Shown here: positions 49,844 through 58,300 of the stretch, one piece after another | How the letters are laid out: every line of letters begins with the position of its first letter | How positions within the stretch are numbered: the stretch's first letter is position 1 | Translations under genes and position numbers: made by a program | Assembly (NCBI GenBank): GCA_963724455.1 | Contig: CAVRUV010000006.1 | Span: 1 to 61,157, forward strand | Origin: an uncultured Candidatus Woesearchaeota archaeon | GTDB taxonomy: Archaea > Nanobdellota > Nanobdellia > Woesearchaeales > UBA525 | Length of the DNA: 61,157 nt | Reading direction: 5' to 3' | Notes under the pieces: generated by a model | The model's database searches: none | What the model saw: only the letters and a program-made list of their open reading frames with translations | What the model was told of the DNA's origin: nothing

Positions 49844-50719
49844 ATGAATAAAAAAATAATCATATATAAAAATGATATTCAAAACATGATTTATCTTATT
49901 CGCGGTGTACAAGTAATGCTTGATAAGGATTTAGCAAAACTTTACGAAGTAAAAACAATTCGTTTAAGAGAACAAGTTAAAAGAAATATTAAACGTTTTC
50001 CTTCAGATTTTATGTTTCAACTAAATAAATTAGAAGTAGAATTCTTGGTATCGCAAAATGCGATACCATCAAAAAAACATCTTGGAGGACATCTCCCATA
50101 TGCATTTACAGAACAGGGAATAGCTAATCTTTCAAGCGTACTTACTAATGACAAAGCAATAGAAGTCAATATTCACATAATGAGAACATTTGTTATCATA
50201 AGAAAGATTGTTTCATCTAATGTCCAAGTTTTTCAAAGATTAAATACAATAGAACAAAAAAATATAATTTATGATGAAAAATTTTAACAGATATTTAATG
50301 TAATAGAAAGCAGAAATATAACCCCAGAAAAAGGCATATTTTTTGATGGACAGGTATTTGATGCGTATAAATTCATTTCAGACATTATTAGAACTGCTAA
50401 TAAGTCCATAATCCTAATTGATAATTATGTCGACGATTCTGTTTTAACATTATTTATTAAAAGAAATAAAAATATACGAGTTACAATATTTACAAAAGAT
50501 ATTTCAAAACAATTAGGTCTTGATTTAGTTAAATATAACTCACAATATCCGTTAATTAAAATAAAAGAATTCAAACAATCTCACGATAGATTTCTCATTA
50601 TCGATAATAAAACAGTATATCATTTTGGAGCATCATTAAAGGATTTGGGCAAGAAATGGTTTGCGTTTTCAAAATTTGATAAAGAAGCAGTTAATTTAAT
50701 CAATAAATTAAAAACATAA
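49844..50719 (+). pseudogene. ORF6N DNA-binding plus PLD-like nuclease-domain gene broken by one in-frame TAA
   Basis: IRGVQVMLD.DLA.LY, RFPSDFMFQL, AFTEQG; TAA at 50285-50287, then the same frame continues GIFFDGQVFDAY...IDNYVD...SHDRFLIID...HFGASLKDLGKK to TAA at 50719. Confidence 0.85.
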
Positions 50720-50743
50720 ACAAATCTATAAGTTGAATTAAAT

Positions 50744-51121
50744 TCAGATCCTAACCTGTTCTGGCCGTCTAACATATTCCGGCACGTATAATCCAGTATC
50801 CGTTTGTTTTAGCTGAAGTGCTTTGTGGTTACCGAATATTGTCTGAAAATATAATTCAGTTGAATCAGTTAATAACTCAAATATTGCAGCCCTATCTCTA
50901 AAAAATATTTGGGCATTTGAAAGTCTAAGATAAACTTCTTCTCTAGAAAATTCCGAATTATGAAAAACTGGTTTGTTAAACAACACAGGAAATTCTAATT
51001 TATCACGAAGGCTTGCAACTATGCGCTTTCTGCCCGCGGTTTCAAGATCAATATGTTCAGCATAATCTTCTTTTGATGCGTAACGCGGTAATATAGTTTT
51101 AATATCTAATCTTTGATACAT
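50744..51121 (-). CDS. Hypothetical protein
   Basis: 125-aa ATG ORF with an AGGTG SD-like site. Confidence 0.6.
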   Translation of the reverse strand: MYQRLDIKTILPRYASKEDYAEHIDLETAGRKRIVASLRDKLEFPVLFNKPVFHNSEFSREEVYLRLSNAQIFFRDRAAIFELLTDSTELYFQTIFGNHKALQLKQTDTGLYVPEYVRRPEQVRI

Positions 51122-51191
51122 ATAACACCTTTGATGATAATTTTGTTTTTATTAATTATTTTTTTAATTATTTTTGTTAAATCTTTTATTT

Positions 51192-51833
51192 CTAATACCA
51201 AACACGAATATTTGGTTTAATATCTTTACGAACTCTTTTTACGCCAACAAGCAGGCTTTTACCATCGACGGGAAAATACCCGACAAGCGCTGAATTGCTA
51301 GCAACATCCATAACTCTTATGGGAAAGACTGTAGGAACTTGCGTTCCTGGATGTACACATACTTTTGCATAATCCTTGTCTTTACAAGCAATTACTTTAT
51401 CAGCAGTTGTATTGTGGCCTAATATTTTTCTGAGCATTAATTCTCTATTTACTCTTTTAGAATATTCGGATAATCCAAAACTTGGTACGACCATTCCTGG
51501 AGAACCTGATAATATTTCTTCAAATGTCTCTTTTGTAATCAAAAGTCCGTTGCCAAGCAAGTTTTTTTGAAAATATAATGGACTATCTACGTTTATTGCA
51601 AGCAATTGCTCTGAACGTCGCGAGAATTTGTACCTATCGCGCAAGGATAGGACTGCGCTGCAAGTATCTATTGCTTGATCCCGCCAAAATGATGGATTGT
51701 CTGTGTGGTCGCGATGCCAAAAAATGCTTTGTGCAGTAACTGGTTCATAGCCTTGCTCAATTAACAACGGCATTTCTACCCTGTATACTCCTTCAAACAC
51801 CTTACACTCGATTGTTCCTCTACGATCAAGCAT
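51192..51833 (-). CDS. Hypothetical protein
   Basis: 213-aa ATG ORF, tightly packed with its neighbour. Confidence 0.65.
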   Translation of the reverse strand: MLDRRGTIECKVFEGVYRVEMPLLIEQGYEPVTAQSIFWHRDHTDNPSFWRDQAIDTCSAVLSLRDRYKFSRRSEQLLAINVDSPLYFQKNLLGNGLLITKETFEEILSGSPGMVVPSFGLSEYSKRVNRELMLRKILGHNTTADKVIACKDKDYAKVCVHPGTQVPTVFPIRVMDVASNSALVGYFPVDGKSLLVGVKRVRKDIKPNIRVWY

Positions 51834-51842
51834 ATTCTCAAC

Positions 51843-52229
51843 TCACTTCTTTTCTAGAATTGGTTTATTTGGTTGGGATTTGTTTGCTTTATATCTAACT
51901 TCGAATGTTTTAGGATTTAGTATTGGCAATAACTCTGTTGGGGGAAATACTATCTTTCCAGCAGCTATTTCTTCTAGAATTCGTTTTTCTCCAGGGTGAT
52001 CTTTAATATCTATATGTCTTTTATCCCAATATGCAAGAATGCTTTCTCCGTTTTTAGATTCTCCTTTTAAGTAAATCTCTTTTGATTTGACATCGTAACC
52101 TATAGTTATAGTCGGTCTATAATACTCTTCATTATGGCGAGTGCCTGTAAGATAACCAGCAAGATATACAATAGAACCTGCACCAACTACGCCCGTTCCA
52201 ACCAATAATGTTTTAAGAGATTTGTTCAT
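51843..52229 (-). CDS. Hypothetical protein with N-terminal TM/signal
   Basis: 128-aa ORF with a hydrophobic N-terminus. Confidence 0.62.
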   Translation of the reverse strand: MNKSLKTLLVGTGVVGAGSIVYLAGYLTGTRHNEEYYRPTITIGYDVKSKEIYLKGESKNGESILAYWDKRHIDIKDHPGEKRILEEIAAGKIVFPPTELLPILNPKTFEVRYKANKSQPNKPILEKK

Positions 52230-52240
52230 AGTGTACCTAA

Positions 52241-52639
52241 TTATTCTTTTATAGCAATTCGTGAATATGCAATCATCATTTCTAATACTAAATCATTTGC
52301 ATCCGATAAACCTGAAATATCTTTTCCTGAATATCTTAGATTGACTTTTCCCGTCATATCTAATTCTACAACTATTTCCAAATCAGAATCATTTTTTCCT
52401 GATGCAGAAAGTTTTGAATAACGATCTGAATGTAAAAATCTGTCTGTGTGTAAACTGCCGTCTGTGCCCCACTTTGGAACTTCATAACCGCGTTTTTCTA
52501 AAAAGTCTGGAATAAATTCTCTTGGTGAATCTTTAGATATTGCTGCAAAAAACGAATAGAATACTTTAGCTCTTTCATTTGTAACTGAGACTTCATATCC
52601 TAATTCTCGCATTGTTAAAATTGGTACATTTGTAAACAT
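52241..52639 (-). CDS. Tandem-paralog family protein (copy 4)
   Basis: Shares FIPDFL..RGY and DLVLEMM with its neighbours. Confidence 0.78.
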   Translation of the reverse strand: MFTNVPILTMRELGYEVSVTNERAKVFYSFFAAISKDSPREFIPDFLEKRGYEVPKWGTDGSLHTDRFLHSDRYSKLSASGKNDSDLEIVVELDMTGKVNLRYSGKDISGLSDANDLVLEMMIAYSRIAIKE

Positions 52640-52653
52640 GGTATCGCCTGTAA

Positions 52654-53058
52654 TTATTTTTGTAGATATGTTTTCATCATTTCCAAAACAAGATCGTTGA
52701 GAACTGGTGCTTGAGAAAAATTTTGTCCTTGATATTTTGCATGAACACTTGAACTATAAAGGCCGATATCCAACAATACTTGTATTGATGAACTGTGTGG
52801 ACCCACTGCAAATAAAGATGATGATGTCGCCGTATGATTATACAGTTGTCCTTTTTCACCTTTTCTAACAAAAAAACCTTGCTCTTCTAAAAATTCTGGT
52901 ATGAACAAAGTAGGAGAACTTGTTCTTGATAATGGTGCGGAAAATGCATATGATAGTTTACAATATGAATCCCGCATTTTAATATTACAAGATAACGATT
53001 CTGCTTTTAGTACTTGTGGTAAATCACATAATATCGCTGGTTGTGTTGCTTGTTCCAT
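52654..53058 (-). CDS. Tandem-paralog family protein (copy 3)
   Basis: FIPEFLEEQGF, Y.GQNFS, DLVLEMMKTYL. Confidence 0.78.
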   Translation of the reverse strand: MEQATQPAILCDLPQVLKAESLSCNIKMRDSYCKLSYAFSAPLSRTSSPTLFIPEFLEEQGFFVRKGEKGQLYNHTATSSSLFAVGPHSSSIQVLLDIGLYSSSVHAKYQGQNFSQAPVLNDLVLEMMKTYLQK

Positions 53059-53072
53059 AATGTCGCCTGTAA

Positions 53073-53474
53073 TTATTTTCGTAAATATGTCTCCATCATT
53101 TTCAAAACAAGATCGCTAACATCTTCTACCGGCCAAGAATCGTGTTTAACTGAATAATCGATATTAACACAACCTTTTTTAAAATCTAATCTTACATGTA
53201 ATTCTAGGACACTTGTATTTTCTGCAGATAATTCCGATATGTTATCTCTATGTGTAAATCCTTGTGGTCTACCACATCTATCTCCTCTTATAAGATATCC
53301 TCTCTCGTGAAGAAAGTCTGGTATGAAAGTTATTGGTGTTGTTGCTCTGTGTAATGGTGCATTAAATTGGTAACTTATTTCTGTGTAATAAGTACGTACA
53401 CTAAATTTTCCTTCAAGCCCTTCTTGTACAATAATAGGCATTTGGAATATTTGAAGTTTAGTTTCTTGTTCCAT
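53073..53474 (-). CDS. Tandem-paralog family protein (copy 2)
   Basis: FIPDFLHERGY, DLVLKMMETYL. Confidence 0.78.
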   Translation of the reverse strand: MEQETKLQIFQMPIIVQEGLEGKFSVRTYYTEISYQFNAPLHRATTPITFIPDFLHERGYLIRGDRCGRPQGFTHRDNISELSAENTSVLELHVRLDFKKGCVNIDYSVKHDSWPVEDVSDLVLKMMETYLRK

Positions 53475-53512
53475 AAGTCACCAAATTATTATTTATTATT
53501 TATGTATAATAT

Positions 53513-53950
53513 TCAATCATATGCCATCATCTTCAATGCTAAATTAGTTGCAATATCCATTCCCGAAAAATTTTTTCCACGATATACTACGCTAAACGAT
53601 TCGTTATCTTTGTTAACACTAATTGAAGAATGCGCAAAACGGGCATCAGCTATTGCATACAATAAACATTCTAAATGAGAATGTGAGTTAGCAGAATCTG
53701 CAACATTTTGTGATTGAACCATATAGCCGAAGTATGCTACAAAATCATTCATGAATGCCACTGAAATATCTTTTTTTTGAGATTTGAATTTATACTCAGC
53801 AGAACAACGATTATTTGTTTGTAAATCATCTTTAGTGGATACAATGCACTCTAATCCTTCAACATTTGGAACTTTCACACATTCCATATCAGAACTATGA
53901 ATGTACTTTTTTTCGGATGGTAAATTTTGAGTCATAGTATCATCAAGCAT
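53513..53950 (-). CDS. Tandem-paralog family protein (copy 1, most diverged)
   Basis: EGLE, FMNDFV..FGY, YRGKNFS, NLALKMM. Confidence 0.68.
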   Translation of the reverse strand: MLDDTMTQNLPSEKKYIHSSDMECVKVPNVEGLECIVSTKDDLQTNNRCSAEYKFKSQKKDISVAFMNDFVAYFGYMVQSQNVADSANSHSHLECLLYAIADARFAHSSISVNKDNESFSVVYRGKNFSGMDIATNLALKMMAYD

Positions 53951-53986
53951 TTAGCAATATGAAAAATAAATTAAAAAATAATTAAT

Positions 53987-54802
53987 TCAGTTCTTCAACT
54001 TTACTTCTTTAGCGTCTTTCCAAGCGAGTTCGAAGAGCTGTGCTAGGGTTGCTGCAAAGAATGGTGTGTTTAGCCAAACTCCGATATCGTAGGTTGGGTG
54101 AACTGTCTCATCGTCAAGTAACATGAATAGGACTTCTTTTTTGTCTGCAATGCAGAATCTTGCTTTTAGTCCTCTTAAGTCCTTGATGGTTGCTATTGGT
54201 GCAAGATCAGCTATTGCTTTCTTGTTTAGTTCAGAAATAGGAACTGCTATTCTAATCTTAACGCCTCGTTCATGCGCCTTTTTTAATTGTCTAAAGAATG
54301 CGTCTGCCTTGCGAACGATTCCTTGTTCTGTTGAAACCATGATGAATTCTTCTTCACATGATTTTAACATTGCTTCAATTTGATCGTAAGAATTTGTTCG
54401 ACCGCGAAGTGCGCCTGTAATTTCTGCAGGATCTACCATTTCGATGCCGTTCTTATGCAATGACATGAGCTCTTGAAGTACTTCGCTTCCTTTTAGAGTA
54501 TCAAGTGTGTGCGCTTGCTGCTCTGCGTCCTTTGCAATATTCTTCTTTACTCTATCAACTACTTCTTCTGGATGAACTGCAATATACTTTATTGGCTTTC
54601 CAAGCTTCATTATGATAAAGCCCTTCTTCTCTAAGCTTTCTAGAACGTCGTAGCTTCTGCTGCGAGGAACATTTGCGATGTCAGAGAGCTCACCAGCTGT
54701 GGATACGCCTCTAGACAATAATGCTGTCCAGATCTTAGCCTCATAGCTGTTGAGTCCGAAGTCTTTGATTTTCTTTAGGAAGTCTTTTTGGACGATGCTC
54801 AT
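53987..54802 (-). CDS. TrmB-family transcriptional regulator/chromatin protein
   Basis: FGLNSYEAK.W.ALL, ANVPRSRSYDVLESLEKKGF, PIKY.AV.P; C-terminal effector-like domain. Confidence 0.92.
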   Translation of the reverse strand: MSIVQKDFLKKIKDFGLNSYEAKIWTALLSRGVSTAGELSDIANVPRSRSYDVLESLEKKGFIIMKLGKPIKYIAVHPEEVVDRVKKNIAKDAEQQAHTLDTLKGSEVLQELMSLHKNGIEMVDPAEITGALRGRTNSYDQIEAMLKSCEEEFIMVSTEQGIVRKADAFFRQLKKAHERGVKIRIAVPISELNKKAIADLAPIATIKDLRGLKARFCIADKKEVLFMLLDDETVHPTYDIGVWLNTPFFAATLAQLFELAWKDAKEVKLKN

Positions 54803-55031
54803 ATAGTATGGGAACCCTAACTTAATATTTAAACGTTTCTTTTTTTATCACTTATAAGAAGTTACATATTTCCGGTTTTGGTTTCAAAAAAGACTCATAA
54901 TGCCCTAATTTTCCGTAATTTTTATAAATACCGTATATAAAGAAACCGTCAGAGAACCATATTTCTACATATTAATATGGTTTTATAGTTGATGTACGCG
55001 CGCAGAATAGAAAACTGTCACCAGTGACCAC

Positions 55032-55340
55032 ATGAGTAAGCAGAAAATAACAATGACTATTGATGAGAAGACATTCTCCGCTTTCAAACGCTTGTGCAAT
55101 TCTCGTGCAATGAAAGTGTCGTCAAAAGTCGAACTTATGATGCAAGAGTTCATCGAAAATGAACTTTCTAGAGCAGACGCTGTTATGCCCGCTGTTGCTC
55201 TTGCAGAAAATAACGACAATAAAACTGAAACTAAAAAGAAAGAAAAAAATCCAAGACAAGAACACGAAAAAGAAAATAACAAAGGAAAAAACAACAACAA
55301 AAATAACGATAATACAGACGACGAGAGTGATGTGCGATGA
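55032..55340 (+). CDS. Ribbon-helix-helix-like DNA-binding protein with a charged disordered tail
   Basis: KQKITMTIDEKTF..FK..C...MKVSSKVELMMQEFI pattern; ATGA overlap with the next gene. Confidence 0.68.
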   Translation: MSKQKITMTIDEKTFSAFKRLCNSRAMKVSSKVELMMQEFIENELSRADAVMPAVALAENNDNKTETKKKEKNPRQEHEKENNKGKNNNKNNDNTDDESDVR

Positions 55341-58300
55341 GCCGTCGTACAATATTCATTGTTGTGTTAACGCTCTTATGCGCACCAATGTTGTTAGCGC
55401 TATTTGCAATATTATCAACAACGGTGCACGCTTCGCCGGTTGAAGGAACTTATGCAACAATTAGCAACAGCATAACTCCAAAAGATCAACTAGTCATCAT
55501 CAGAATACTTGCTCATCCTGGACGATCTCTTACAATTAGCATCTACGATGGGCTCAATACATTCAGATATAATGGGCAGACTGTTGGCACAGCAATTGGA
55601 TTTCACGCACAGCGCGAAGGCGAACATACATTACTCATAAAAGATGCAGATACTGGCCAAACACTAGAAACACTATATTTCCTAGTACAAAATCCTGCTC
55701 CCATCAGCATTGCTCCAGTAGATAATGTAGCAAGCATGCTAAATAACACCAATGGCGGCGAAATAAACGTAACTAATAATTCTAGTAATTCACTAAATAC
55801 TACTAATAATACTAATAGCACCATCAATACTACAATCACTACAATAAATTCTACAAATAATCAAACAAACAATCACACAACTAATCAAACAACTAACATA
55901 ACATCTAATGCATCTACAACATCAACCGATTCTTCGCAAGAAGTTATTTTGCCTACGAGAACCCGCCTAGTAGAAACCGACAAACAACATTACAAATTAG
56001 GCGAACAAGTGCACATACTCCTAAACGCCCCGTCTGCAGAACTTGAGAATCTAAAGCTCAATATCATCAATGGTCCTCAACTGTTACGTTTCATTGGGGA
56101 TATGCAAACAGATATGGTCTTTGAACCAAGAACTGCCGGAGCATATCGTGTAGTGGTATCTTCAGATACGGGAGACGCCATCGATTCATTCATTTTTGTA
56201 GTCGATGAAAATGAACAAACAGTATCAACAACTTCTGTAAACTCTACAAATTCTACAAATCCATCTAATGAAACTACCTTGGCAATTGTAGACAATACAA
56301 ATACAATCCCTATTGATGGAATTAATCTAAACAATAATGAGACACAGTACATCATAGATAGACAAGTAGCAATCAATAATCAACTAATTCTAAATGCAGA
56401 ATTCAAGAAAACAAAACAGACTCTAAAAATTGCAGACTCGGACGGCAATCCTATTGATGGAGGATTTGTAATAACAAAACGTAGTACAAAGGAATCATTT
56501 GCTGCGCCAACGCTTGATGCGCAAAGTTTTGTCATAAATGAACCTGTCGATGTAGACTTCACTCCAGCAAACACAACACCATACAACGATCCTATCATCA
56601 AACATGTTAGCGTCAAGAATCTAATAGGCTCACAACTCAAACTCGGATTAAACACTGTGCAAACAGCAACGCTTGAACTCCCTGCCGGAGTAGATGAACA
56701 CGATAAATCTTGGATTAATGCATATGCTGTAGATCCTACTTTACTCAATGCGAGCAATGTTACTATAACAGTAACTGCAACAGGAACAGAATTATACATT
56801 TGCAAAGATTGGGATTTTGCAAACAGCGCTTGTCTTGGCGTCTGGGTAAAACTGCGCGACGTTACGCCAGGACAAAATTATACAATCACACTTGATAGTT
56901 CAGATCCTGGTTTTGGAGAGAGCATCCCTATTCCGAGTGTTGGGTGGTCAAAAACAACTACAACCCCAAACGATCTTGTAACAATAAGAATGTGTTCGGA
57001 TGACAATTGCACACAAACGGCAACAAACTTCCAACCTGGAGATACAGTATTCATTGTAATAAATTCCTCTAATGGATTCATGTCTGGACGAGATGGAAGC
57101 CAATTAGATATTTATTCTGGTGCAGATACAAATATACTTGTATCATACAATTATCCTGATTGCCCTCTTGCTGTTGCAAATTATGTAAATAATTGCAGCT
57201 TGAATTTTACAATCCCTGATGATTGGACTGGTTGGTATTACATTGATTCAGATATACATCGTACTACGGGAGGAACTCGTTATATTAGTTTCAGAACTCC
57301 ATTTACTGTTGGCGATGAACCTGTTGTCGGTGATCAATTACAATTCTTTGCGGATGTTAACAGAACTCGTCCTGCGGATAAATTCGGCAGGAATTACCAA
57401 GTATATGTTAATTGGGAAGCAAATGTTGGAGTATTCGCAAATATTTCGTCAAACGCTGCAATAAAAAGTCCCCATTATAGCGCAGGCGTAGGAATTACAA
57501 GAATTGCAAATACCTCGATTACATTCACAAATAGAACTGGACCCTATTTATTTAATTTCAGTATGCCAACGACGCTTAGTGATGGTTATGGTGGTTGGTA
57601 TTATTTTGAGCCAAATCTTACGCGTAACGCAACTGATAATATCCCCGATGGGCCAGTAATATACGGCAGGATGATACAATATCAGAACAATACTGCTCCT
57701 AACTTAACAAACATCGTTGGTAATAGTCCAAATACCACCCCTGTTAGTGTTGGCATGGGCCTTATGTGGAATACTACGCTCAACGATACTGATGACGTAG
57801 ATAAACACGCACTCTATATCTGTAACAGCAGCGCATTTAATTATACGACATTTTCGTGTATGGGAAGTGTAGTTTGTAAAAATGAAACTTGGAGCCTAGG
57901 AAAGAACATTGATTGCAATGTTCCTGCGAATCGTAATATGTCATTCAATAATATTGGATATGCCTTTATTTGTGATCCTTGGAATTGCAGTTCATCTATC
58001 CAAACAAATTATTCAGTATATAACGATACAATATCTCCAAATGTTACACTAATAACACCAATAAATCCTACTACCATAAACGACTTTACAGCCACATTCA
58101 ACTATTTCCCGCAAGATGATTATGGATTTGTTAATTGTAGTCTTTATACTGATGCATACGGAGTTTGGCAATCGAATAATATTAGCGAAAGCATTACTAA
58201 TGGAACAAACAATTACTTTTCATATACTTTCCCTGACAATGGTGCATATGTTTGGAATGTATTATGTATGGATTATGCGGGCAATAAAGCATTTGGTTCT

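Noticed and set aside
50285-50287. Stop-codon reassignment or readthrough
   Set aside because: It is a single instance, and TAA terminates many intact genes in the window
37037-50719. Provirus interpretation based on the fibre-like and ORF6N genes
   Set aside because: No integrase, capsid, terminase or att repeats are present, and the fibre-like and giant proteins have cellular signal peptides
52644-53115. DGR template/variable repeat pair
   Set aside because: The mismatches are not confined to adenines of one copy, and no reverse transcriptase is in the window
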